DNA of 63,463 bases, counting the filler, from Nemertoderma westbladi (taxonomy: Eukaryota > Animalia > Xenacoelomorpha), in NCBI GenBank assembly GCA_032718475.1. It is 4 parts of 4 records of this genome, joined end to end, with 100 filler letters (N's around TTAATTAATTAA, not from the genome) between each part and the next. Parts side by side here need not be neighbours in the genome. Positions count along the whole stretch, not along the records: positions 23,184 to 44,011 come from JAUCBJ010005467.1; positions 44,112 to 58,100 come from JAUCBJ010000439.1; 2 more parts are not named here. One strand, 5' to 3'. Of this stretch, positions 41,694 to 54,851 are shown piece by piece (position 1 is the first letter of the stretch; each line of letters starts with the position of its first letter). The notes under the pieces are model-generated. The model was not told the DNA's origin and did not search any database. It was given only the letters and a program-made list of their open reading frames with translations. A program made the translations under genes and the position numbers.

Positions 41694-41951
41694 TGTGGTG
41701 TTGTAATAACAATAATGGTTAACAACAGTTCAGTATAATATAGGATTATGATTATAAGATATTCCAGTATTCAATACAGCATTCAGTCAATAGCTTTTAC
41801 TGGTAGTCAACCTGTATCACTTACTATACCGGTACTGCCGCACGGTACCTACTCCCTTCAGTCCTGACTCTCTCCTCCTGCTGTACCGCCCGTCCTCCCC
41901 TACTCTAGGGGGCCGCATCCGCTTCACCCCCTGTCCGACTACCCTAACACA
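41694..41951 (-). repeat. 5' LTR
   Basis: Matches 37431-37688. Confidence 0.95.
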
Positions 41952-42265
41952 CTTATCGCCCCTGAAACCTTATCGCCACTGGAACCTTATCGCCCCTGAA
42001 ACCTTATCGCCCCTGAAACCTTATTGCCCCTGCGAACCTTATCGCCCCTGAAACCTTATCGCCCCTGGAACCTTATCACCCCTGAGACCTTATCGCCCCT
42101 GAAACCTTATTGCCCCTGAAACCTTATTGCCCCTGGAACCTTATCGCCCCTGAAACCTTATCGCCCCTGAGAACCTTATCGCTCCTGAAACCTTATCGCC
42201 CCTGAAACCTTATTGCTCCTGGAACCTTATCGCCCCTGGAACCTTATCGCCCCTGAAACCTTATA
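41952..42265. repeat. 17-bp minisatellite, right part
   Basis: Tandem units. Confidence 0.92.
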
Positions 42266-42281
42266 CCTTTAGACCCTTAGA

Positions 42282-42801
42282 ATGAAACTTATCTCCACTC
42301 TATTATTTGCTTTCCACACAACAATTGCTGCTTCTACCTTTACCTGTCCTGTTGGAGTGAAGTGGGAGATTTACTCTGAAAACAAACAACGTTACACAAA
42401 AAGTATATCAAGATAAATTAAAACGGTTTATAAAGAGTAACCCTCAGTTTGAAAACCAGACAATCACTCAGAGCGGTTGTCATGGATGCCGTGTGTTGTC
42501 GTACATCGGTTACGGATATCCCGATGGCCATGACAAAGGCATCATTGCGTATCATGATTATCAATGCTACCCCTGTGTACCGCTTAACGAAGATTCCTGC
42601 ACTTACTACATGCAGGTTGTTCTTCGTGATCAGGGTGAAGAGGAAAGGTTTAACTATGGGGTTAAATTGTTGAATCTTGTCAATTGGCTGAGTACTGATG
42701 TCACCGTAACTTATGAATCGCCGACATACAATGTTGTTGTTCCATCATATATAACACTTTCTTGTCCCAGCGTGTACCTACTCCACCCTTCGGTAAAGTA
42801 G
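42282..42801 (+). pseudogene. Putative small secreted Cys-containing protein with one frameshift, 3' end joined to BEL/Pao sequence
   Basis: MKLISTLLFAFHTTIAAS resembles a signal peptide. Removing one A from the run at ~42398-42402 joins it to the open frame 42361-42801. Confidence 0.5.
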
Positions 42802-44011
42802 TAGCCACTGCTCTAATAACCATAGCACTCTGATACTCATGAGACTTACCTAGCCAATCTAATTGTCTGCAGATCTCCTGAATCTCATCGGAAAACTCTA
42901 TAATCCCGCTGCTAATAAACTTTCGGGGCGCTACCAACTTTGCATACAAATACCCAGCTATGTTATTCCTATTACCATACCTGATGTTTAGTGTATCCCA
43001 AACTTGTCTTAATCCGTCTGGATGTCCAATAAGCTTTAACGCCATTAACTTGGGAGATCCTTCCAAGCACTCGATGAGGAATCTAAGTTTCTCTCCATTA
43101 GATAGCACAGAGTTCTGTATGTTATCTTTGTAATATTCATTAAAAGGTAACCATTTCATCTCATCTCCATTGAACTTGACGATCTCTCCCACCTTTACTG
43201 CTTGCCGGGCTTCGGTTCTAGCCATTTGACGCGTAAAACTTTCTTGGGCCATCGTGTTATTTAATATCGAGTTATCGGTATATAAATTTCTCGGATTATG
43301 ATCAGGTCTATAGGGAATATCATTATCAACATGTCTATAATTACCCTTAATAGGGTTCACTATAGGAGTTTCTACTTCGCTAGCAGTATATATGCGTGTA
43401 GGCTCCACACCTTGCGCATGCGATACTTCAGACCTAACAGGTTGACACATTGTTACCGGGGGTGGTGGTATACCCTTTTGTAAATTTACTAATTTATCGC
43501 GTTCTAGCGCGATACTTTGCTGCACTTCTTGCAACTCTAGCCTACTTTCCCTTACTGGTGCCCTTTAACTGTTGAACAGTCCCTTCTAACTCTCGGACCT
43601 GTTGGGAGGAGCGCGCTCGATTCTCCTCCATCTTTCCGAGGAGAATGTCCATCCCCCGCCGTCTCTCGTCCACCCAATCAACCGCCGAAGCGGGATCCGC
43701 CAACGTCGTAGCGGGCAGACGAGGGACTACGGGCGACATATCCGTTATATTTCGCTCGGGGTCCAGGACCTGACACTGTTTCAGCCTGGGCTGTTCCTAC
43801 TGGGCACAGGTAGCTTGGTGCTGTGTAGAGGGAATTTAGAAGGTAGCTTCTGGGAGCACAGGTGTCTCTATCACCGAAGGGGTGATTTCAAGAACAGGCC
43901 TAATTATTTCAGGCTCATCTACTATAGTAGGGAGTCTTTCTATTGTAATTATTTGGTCTGTGGGCTCTGTACTACCTAAGTTGGTGTTATTTAGTTGCCT
44001 TCGAACAGCTG
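42750..44011 (-). mobile_element. BEL/Pao LTR retrotransposon gag fragment (DUF1759-like)
   Basis: IVKFNGDEMKWLPFNEYYKDNIQNSVLSNGEKLRFLIECLEGSPK...WDTLNIRYGN. The upstream low-complexity/coiled-coil part is frameshifted near 43540. Confidence 0.82.
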
Positions 44012-44111
44012 NNNNNNNNNNNNNNNNNNNNNNNNNNNNNNNNNNNNNNNNNNNNTTAATTAATTAANNNNNNNNNNNNNNNNNNNNNNNNNNNNNNNNN
44101 NNNNNNNNNNN
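44012..44111. other. Artificial contig spacer
   Basis: N44-TTAATTAATTAA-N44. Confidence 0.97.
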
Positions 44112-44134
44112 AATGATAATATTATAAATACAAT

Positions 44135-44420
44135 AACCTTACTTCGCCGTAGCTCGCCCCACAACTCATTAATGGCGCCCATATGCTAAGGCTTCACTCG
44201 CTTCATGGCTCGCCCCATTTTTTCAATGTTGGAAAGGAATGAAGGGGACGTTGGGTGATGGTGGTAGTGGTAATGATGTTGTGGGTGAGGAAGAACTCAC
44301 TTCACGGCTCGCCCCCATAAGTCTGTGTTTATTTACCTTTTTTAGTTGTTGCGTCATAACCTTACTTCGGCGCTATCACTCACACTTCGGCGCTATCACT
44401 CACTTCATGGCTCGCCCCAT
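44135..44420 (+). repeat. Cluster of terminal fragments of the ...cacttcgtggctcgccccac(a) repeat family
   Basis: Four to five copies here; also at ~29345, ~30775-30855 and ~36575-36690. Confidence 0.75.
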
Positions 44421-46596
44421 AGGTAGAATAATCAAATCATGTTAAAGACTTTTATAATAACAAACGTCTGCAACCCACTTACTATATTGGGTTTTACCTA
44501 TTGCGGTTCAAGGTCAAACGCCGACCGGTAGACACGAATTAATTAAATTACTTCCGCCTGCAAACTGGTCTTATACCGCGTATGTCACATATATACACAG
44601 CGGTGACATATGTTACATATGCACAATGGTAACCATGGTAACCATAGTAAGTGGGTGGGGCAACAATAGTAATCATAGTAAGTAGGCGGGGCAAGAGCCG
44701 TTCGGCAAATTCTTTAACATGGTAGACTATGGCAGACGCTGTCTCAATCACGTTGTTTAACGTACTACTAATAGACAACCAGTATTGCTATTCCAGCCCA
44801 GACAGCATTCTTTAAATTCACTATAAATGTTGTATTGCTGCTATCTCAGGTGAATGACAGATATCATAACATAAATACTATCCATGGCATGGCTGTTGTG
44901 TAGGCTTCTGAAATAGTTTATTCCACAATGTATATGTCTCAGTCTGGTTATTTTTTAATTGAATTTTTGCAAAGTAGTAAAATTAATGTTCTTAAAAATA
45001 ATATTATTATTTTATATGTAACCTAGGAAATTAGCTACATTTTTTCGCTGCAGCTTTAAGAGTGTACATTAATTTAATATTATTTCAATACCCATATTAC
45101 TACATCGGCATAAGATGCGTTGGCGTTGTATCACACATCTCCACATATCACACATATCCTCATAGATGTATCAACAGTTACTCGCACAGTTTCGAAACTT
45201 CACATAGTTATAACTGTATAAAGATCGTCAGTCAGCGTTTAGGAAAAATATTTTATAACAAAACAGGACAAGCGACGAGCGCAACGAGGCATATAATGAA
45301 GACGAGTACTGCGTTGACTAAATTATTATATAAACCACCTGGCTTCACATATTGATCGCATCCCTAGTTATTATTATTATAAAGAACGTCCTAGCCTGCG
45401 TTTAAGAAATATATTTAAATACAAAACAGGACGAACGCAACGAGGCTTATAATGAATACGAGTACTGCGTTTATTATATTCCTATAAACCACCTGGCTTT
45501 GCATATTGAACGTGCGATTGGAAATAAGTTCGTGCTACCCTTCCGTGGGTGGTAGATGTCGCGGTTATGTATTGGTGGTTGGGAAGGGTGGGGGGGGGGA
45601 TTAAAAGGGGTGAACACGTACTGTCCCCCTTTCTTTGATTGATTGGTGGTGTGGGTAAATTTCTCAAAACCTGATTTTGTGATACAGTCGCTCAATTTTA
45701 ATTTGTATCTCATAACTGGGCCTCGTGCTGCGCGAAGGCCCCACGAACGTGTTCTATAGGCATACAGTAATGTCCTGCACGGGAAAAATCGCATCGGGTA
45801 AAATCGGCCCAGGGGAAAGGCTCAATTTGTTCTGTTTACATGGAGATCTCAATCGTGAATAACGGATTTATGATTTTTGATGGAATCTTTTTATAATCAT
45901 CACACAGAGTAGTCTTTATAGTTTGAGGCATTAACAAATTCCAGATATCCTGTGCCGTTGGTAGGCGTATGGTAATAAAAAATTGTATAACGACTTGCGT
46001 AATATAAATGATTCTAGTACACATCTGGTTGATGTGGATCAATCGATTTTTTTTATATACCCGTAAGTAGCTCATATATAAATATAACGGCAGTTTGTAG
46101 TAAAGTTTCAGCTGTAAACCATTTTCCTGCAGAGCTCAATTATATCGATTACCCATATATCGACAGATCTCAGCCTTCACAGCCACACACATTCGACTAG
46201 ATTGGTCGAACAGTGATGCTGGGTGGCTGGCTAACTCATAGCGCGGTCTTTTCTTGTATAGGAGTATTGAAATGCATTCTCACACTGTCACATTCCATTT
46301 TTTCCAGTATTGTTTGCCCTATCGATCCTGTATGAAGGACATTGACGACTTTCAATCAAGATTTCCTAATAAATTCATCCGCAAAATAATTTCAATAAGA
46401 AGTAGCCAAGTAATCGCCAACAAAAAATTACAATCAGTTGCTATGGTAACAGACAATTTCGAACAATTAATATTTTGATGATATCCCCACGCGCGCCCCT
46501 TCATCACCTCGGAAATGTTGATGAACTATAAGAATTATGAGGTCTTTGGAATGATTTAAGGGACATTCCCTTTATACTACGTGTCTGTGTAGCAGG

Positions 46597-47256
46597 TGTG
46601 GGGCGAGCCACGAAGTGAGCGAAGCCTTAGAATATGGGTGCCTTTAACGAGTTGTCTGTCGTCGTAAATTTTTGATAACTCGGGTATTCCTTGATGAAAC
46701 TAAACGAAACTTGGTACGTATGTAGTCCGGCAAAAGTTTAGAAAGAATCTCAAGTTTGATAAAAAAAACGAACGAACGCAACGAGTTTACAGTGGATAAG
46801 AGATTAGTATAATGTACTCTCTAATATAGGCTCTCGTGCTGCGCGAAGCTACCACAAACCGTGCACAACGTACCGATGTGTTGCAGTCATTCCAGAAAAA
46901 AAGATTGAGGGGCTCAAACTCTACTACAAACTGACGTCATAGCATATGACGCATTTAGCATATGGGTACCATTAACGAGTTGTCTGCCGTTAGTCAGAAG
47001 TCTTCAACACAATACTCGTCATCCTCTTGTGCCTCGTTGCGTTCGTTCGTTTTTTACGAAACTTCAGATTCTTACTAAACTTTTGACGGACTACATAGGT
47101 ACCAAGTTTCGTTTAATTTCATCAAGGAATAACCGAGTTATTAGCGATCAAAAATTTACGACGACAGACGATGGATGACTACGAGGACGACGACAGACAA
47201 CTCGCCAATGGGCACCCATATGCTAAGGCTTCGATCACTTCGTGGCTCGCCCCACA
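46597..47256. mobile_element. Inverted pair (~190-220-bp arms) of the HINE/DINE-like repeat end
   Basis: tgtggggcgagccacgaagtga...gaacgcaacgag is mirrored by ctcgttgcgttc...cacttcgtggctcgccccaca. Confidence 0.8.
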
Positions 47257-49065
47257 AATCACATAATAAATCAAAACTATTGCTATTTGTTCTAACTGTC
47301 TAAGTTAAACACCATTTTGACTCGACAAATGCAGTTTAATTAGGCTATGTTATCGTTTTGGAGATTTAATACAATACCGGTACAATACAATATAATGAAA
47401 GACAGAAAGAGTGTCTGAAAGGGAAACTGAAACTGAAACATAGGCCTATCTCACGCACACAGTCTGCTATCTGACAGTTTACAGTCGGACAGTGACAATT
47501 TATACTGTTAGTTATAGCTATATAGGCAAGGCCATATACAGATATAGGCCTACTGAGCAGGACACAGGAGCACTGATCTAAATATTTATTTTGTTATTTA
47601 GATGGTTATACAGTCTGACAGTTACAGAGTTATAGGACTTTACTACAACTGTCAGAGAAGTCAGACTGTACTACAGTCAGACAGTCTGACAGTACCGGTA
47701 CAGCAGTAAGTACCGGTAGTTAAAAGTCGGTCAGACTGCAGCACTGTCAGACTGCGACTGCAGGTACCAGCTACGGTACCAGGCCAGGCTGCCATGGCAG
47801 ACGTACAGAAGCCTAACTGCCTAACGCTATCAGTGGACTGGTGGACCTGGACACTACGGTAACAGTCAGACAGTGCTGCAGTGGAGTGGAGTGGAAGCAG
47901 GGGAGCTGAACCTGAAAGTGATATTAAATCTGTAATAGGCCTAGGCCTACCGGTTCATAATCTGTAAGTCCAGAACCAGAAGTTAGTGCAGTACAGCAAT
48001 AGGCAGATAGGCCTACTGTAACTGTACTGCTGTACTGTACAGCTGTAGTACTGCTGTAAACTGTAGTACTGTCTGACTGTAGTAGCCTAAGTCAAACTGT
48101 CCAAACACAAATTACAGAATTACCGTACAGCCGTAAGTCAGTAACAGTCGGCTGGTCAGCTGGTAGGTCAGTAGACAGTAGGTACTGAGGTAGGCCCCCT
48201 ACCCGGTACTGCTACTGTCAGACTGCAGTGGACTGTGCTAAGACTGCAGTACTGAACTATCTGACTATAGCCAGGATCAGAGGATAGCAGAGCAGTAGGC
48301 CCCTACCAAGAGCTGTATAGGGCCGATACTGTGATAACTCGTAAGTAATTTAGCGGAAATTATCGGGCTTTATTTCCATAGAACTGTAGACTGGTAACCG
48401 AAGGCCATTCAGGATTCAGCCATTGCATTGACACCAGGTGAGAAATTTGCTACTAGACTAGGCCTACCTTATTTACCAGTTTACATAGGCCCTACGCCTA
48501 CAGTCACAGTCTGACAGTGGATGAATGGACAGTGCCATTCTGCATTCTTCTAACAGAAACAGAGTTAGTGTATTTGCGTCTCTATACAGCTATATTCAGA
48601 TATTTGCCGACGCAGGCAGGGTGCATCCAATGATCGAAATATATTTTAAAACAAATCGGTATATCGCAAGTGTTGTATCATAGATTGCGGGATTAGCATT
48701 AGACTGCAATAAAGTTAAATACTGCTGTACTGAAATATACACAGATAGATTAAGGTTGACGGGAGGGCGGAGCTATTTAGTGGAAGTGCATTATAGTGTT
48801 ATAAGGGAGCTACGACAGTACGATTGGATGATTACTGGATTAATTACTGTTTTCCTATTGCAGTATTGGCTTTGGCAGATCTGTTAAGGCAGTCTCTAAT
48901 GTTTTCTGACCTTATGCATGCACTGACCACTGATGTATGCAGTTATGCTAGTTGTGCCTGGTGCTGGCATCTGGCACATGTACGCATGCACATGTCTGCA
49001 TGTTGCTCTCTTTTTCAGCATTTCAATCTACACACAGACACATCTCTGCATCTTTCAAAAGAGGA

Positions 49066-49585
49066 TACATGACCGAATGTTTCAGGATCGAATGTTATTT
49101 CGTATTATGTATTATGAATGTATTACGCAATTATGTTACATTGGATCCTATAACTATCTAACTATGTTACATTCGATCTACAAATTACTAAGCCATGTAA
49201 GCCCGAATGTAACATTGCCATTTACAGATTTAAAGGAGCAGGTTACAGAGTGAGGCGTGTTGGGGGAACTAAAACAATAAACGAAAGTTAACACATATTA
49301 CAAGATTATGCGGGTTACTTAATTGGGTCTTGGGTCTTTGTTTTGTACTCACCAACACCAAACTGTTTCTTCCTGTAAATACAAAATAAACGAAGCATTT
49401 CATCGGTTAACTTAACTCCTGAAATCAAAACACAACTGAAATATATGTATGTTACATTCGAGCTTAGTAAATTATAGAGATCGAATGTAACATAGTTATA
49501 GGATCCTATGTAACATAATTGAGGTTACTTTCGATTCGCAAAAACTATGTTACATTCGATCCTGATTACGTTCGGTGTCACGTCA
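49066..49585. mobile_element. Degenerate foldback/MITE with ~150-bp imperfect TIRs
   Basis: caggatcgaatgt...aattatgttaca.tggatcctataactat is mirrored at 49450-49580. Confidence 0.6.
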
Positions 49586-50254
49586 CCCCTTTCTACTGTG
49601 TTTCAAGCAGTCAAGTGTTGAAGATTGGTCTGTTGGTTACCACAGTTTCAAATATACCGGTAGGTGCATGCATGTTAAGTACCGGTTACTTTGTACATGT
49701 AACATTTACATGTACTGGTAAGTTGTAGATATCGTTGTTTGCCTAACCATGTGACTGACTGGATGTAGTCGATGTGGATAGCTCATCGAATTCATTATTT
49801 TATAAATCTGTCTCGGTATTTCCTACCCAATAATCTATTCAATTTTATAAACAGGAGGGAGTTGCTTATATGGAATCTGTTTGATATCAAAACAAGTTGC
49901 AAGTGGATATTGATAATCCGGTTTGTGATACCAGAACCACACGGGTAGTCTAACTGTAGATATAATTATATAGTTCAGGATATAAAGATTGGTAAGTATA
50001 TCTTTCGAGTGAAATCGTGAGGTAAGTATTTAATATACGGTAATACTTATAGAATCCTGAGGGACCAAGACCACAACGCTTTAAGAGTGTAAGGCTCATA
50101 TCGAACTATACCGGTACTGTTATAGTGCTTTACTATTATATGGTTTGTTATAATTAACATTTTCTGCAAAACGGCAGAACGATGTCACATTATGCCGAAC
50201 GACACAAAATAGTGGTTTGTATCTAGCTAGATAGCCCTTGCTATTCATAAGTGA

Positions 50255-51284
50255 TAGAGTTGAAACAGAGACTTGTCACTGATCTCTGGATTCTCTGGGC
50301 AGTTTTTTGGTCTCTGGCTTGGTCTCTGATTTCCGGGTATTGAAAACAGACATTTTACCCAGAGATCAGTGATTTTATATATTAGAAATAGTTAATTAAA
50401 ATAGATTATGTCAGCCTGTACACAAACACAAACTGTGAAATGAAGATTATTTTTCACAAATTTTTTACAATAAATTATTTCTTTAATTTTTAACTATTTT
50501 TATACACCGCTTCAACAAAATTATATATGTAACTTTTACACTCTTTTTTTTAATCATGACTCACACTAAATGTACAGTACCGATAATCTTATATTTAATT
50601 TAAGGTGCGATTAAATTAGCACCTAAAGGGGGTTCTTACTTAAGGATAAGGGTGTTTATTTGGGCTCCTATAATCTTTAAATGTGAAAGAAAGGGCTGAT
50701 CTCCATTCAACTTGTTATAGGATAGATAATATGACAACAAATGAAGAGAGCGAGCGTAACGAGGCTTGTAATTGGGGCGAGTAGAGTACTATACCTGTGC
50801 ACTAACTGTTCGTAAATGACTAAGTTTATAGTAGGCCTACATTGTAATGTATACGATTTGAACAATTGCACAATACAGCAATAAGAGCCTTTAATTAACA
50901 AAGAACCGGTACCTATGACGGAAAACAAATTTATGTAACATATTATTAACAATAACAAAACAGACAAAATAAGAACGAATTAATAAACAAATAACCAAAT
51001 TAATATTAATTAAGTACCCCTAACTGTACGTGCGCTTATTTTCTTCCAATGGGTAAGGGTTGAAATGGGTTGGATTTACTGTAATTCAACCAGAGAAAAT
51101 AGTTCTCAGTCCGTATGTACCTGTTTGTGCTATATGGACCTAATCAAATTGAAAGTACAGTACAAAAATAAGCAAAGTCTTTGATCTCTGGCACTGGTCT
51201 CCGGTATTTTTCAAAATAATTGTCTGGGTAGGTCTCTGGTTCACCGGTATATATTAAGAAAAACAGGTCTCTGTTTCAACTCTA
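50255..51284. mobile_element. hAT-type non-autonomous element (1030 bp)
   Basis: TIR TAGAGTTGAAACAGAGAC / GTCTCTGTTTCAACTCTA with 8-bp TSD ATAAGTGA. Confidence 0.9.
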
Positions 51285-51789
51285 ATAAGTGAGTATATAT
51301 TTGTATATAGCCTAATATCGTATTAAGTATAATTCGTTAGTTGATGCACAACTTCTACTGAATAGTGGAAAGTGCTGCTAAGGAGGTGAGATTGCATATA
51401 AATGGAAATCATGGAATCCATAATAATAAATCCATAATACATAATAATAAACGAACAACAACAAATAACCCAAGGTACTACGGTGATGATCCTTGGGCGA
51501 TAGAAGACAGAAGTTATTAAAGCAAAGGCAAAGGCTCTGTAGCTCTGTAAGGACCTGTACAAAACACATGTGTTAACTTTCGTTTATTATTTTGGTTCTA
51601 CCAACGCGTCTCTGTAACCTGCTCCTTTACTAACCTGCTCATTTGAATGGCAATGGGGTCTAACGCTCTTTGGGACCTAAAGCGACTTTACCTCTTTGTT
51701 TTGTACAGGTCCCATAGAGCGTTAGGTCCCATTGCCAATTATAGGAGCAGGTTTGTAAAGGAGCAGGTTACGTACTGACAGGCGTGTTG

Positions 51790-52320
51790 GGGGGCGTTCA
51801 TAAAGTATGTCACGCAAATTATTCCGAGTTTTGACCCCCCTCCCCCCTCTGTCACAAAGTGTCACACAAGCTCGACCCCCCCCCCCCCCCCCCTGTCACA
51901 TTAGACAATTTGTAATACCCCCGCCCCGACAAAAAATATTTTATTGTCTAATACATTGTTATTGTTCTAATACACAATGTTTGTTATGCCAAAATGCAAC
52001 ATAAATTTATTCACTATATCTACATTTCCCCATGGGCTTTATTAATAACAGGTATTACAGTGTTGGCGTCAATGGCTTCTATGTCCTACTCAATTTATCG
52101 ATTATACTCAATGTTATTGAGTTTATTGTTTTCCTTAAAGTTACCCACTCTTCTACACATGTGTGAAAGTCAAAGCCAAGCTAACATTAAAGCATAGAAC
52201 ATCGCCGTGACCGTCACAAAAGTCGACACCCCCCTCCCCCCTCTGTCACAAAATGTCACGCAAGCTCTAACCCCCCCCCCCCCCCCACCCTAGTGCGTGA
52301 CATACTTTATGAACGCCCCC
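51790..52320. mobile_element. PIF/Harbinger-type MITE (531 bp)
   Basis: TIR GGGGGCGTTCATAAAGTATGTCACGCA with 3-bp TSD TTG. The empty site is visible in the paralogous repeat at ~49254 (ggcgtgTTGggggaac). Confidence 0.88.
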
Positions 52321-52420
52321 TTGGGGGAACCAAAACAATAAACGAAAGTAAACACATGTTACAAGATTATGCAGGTTACTTAATATTGTCTTTGTTTTGT
52401 AGTCACCCAAACTGTATAGG

Positions 52421-52940
52421 CCTACCATCTGGAAATCAGACCTCTCCAGACACCTGAAGACCAAGTTCTTTCCAGCCACAATGGAAAGTGTACTTTTATA
52501 CGGGGAACGGGGCTGATACCTGGACAGTGGACACTGACGAAATCACTTGAACAACGAATTGATGGTTGTTACACAAGGCAACTAAGAGCAGCACTAAATA
52601 TCGGCTGCAATCAACACGTCACAAACGCCGAGCTTTATTGTACAAAAGCACCTGTATCAATCCAGCAATCAACCACTCTTCGTGAATGCTAATTACCATT
52701 CAGTGGGCACTGCTGCAGAAGTAAACATGAGGTCATACCAGATATACTTTTCTGGCAACCGTGGTCAGCAAAAAGGAAAGCATTATCGTGGACGATCGGC
52801 TATGACATATATAGACCAAATTGAAATGGATACTGGACCTGGGAGAAACGAAATTGCGACAACTCTGGAGAATCGGGAAACCTGGAAGGATCTGATTGAA
52901 GGATTTACACTGTTCGAGCTCGCTCGACCTAGTAGTAGTA
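52421..52940 (+). mobile_element. Degenerate RTE LINE 3' end with (TAG)n tail; an upstream fragment lies at ~51345-51560
   Basis: Aligns by eye to 28950-29344 and 58201-58622. Confidence 0.85.
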
Positions 52941-53264
52941 TAATACCGTACCTGAATGAATATTTAAAATAGTCTACCATGTCTACTATCGGTATTTACA
53001 ACCATATAATGTGATTAATATAAATCTAGTACCGGTACTTTGCATTCGATTTTGAAGTACCGGTATCGATTATTAGTCAATTAGTCACTGCATCCTTTTA
53101 TGAAAGGAGATAGTTTTTGCAAATTATGTAAACGGCGAATGTTTCCTATATGATATGAGAATGGATTTACTTACCAATATGCCGTGCTTACGTTGCAGGA
53201 TTTTGTCCCTTCTTTCTTTCTTAGAGGAGTTTTATCCGGGATAAAGAAGTAATTTCTCGTTTAA

Positions 53265-54851
<1,587 letters not shown>

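Larger units (their letters stand above)
37431..41951 (-). mobile_element. Full-length young Gypsy/Ty3 LTR retrotransposon (4521 bp)
   Basis: Two 258-bp TG...CA LTRs, a 5-bp TSD CTTAT, gag then pol in PR-RT-RH-IN order, and a purine-rich tract AAACTGGGGGTGA before the 3' LTR. Confidence 0.97.

Noticed and set aside
41681-41725. N-terminal extension of gag in the ORF track
   Set aside because: It lies in the LTR and PBS and starts at a non-ATG codon; the ATG at 41680 is the plausible start
46437-46450. RFX X-box-like palindrome GTTGCTATGGTAAC
   Set aside because: No adjacent identifiable gene start, and a single motif match is insufficient
45836-46480. Possible decayed coding sequence on the minus strand
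   Set aside because: Short protein-like stretches are broken by stops and no family is recognisable
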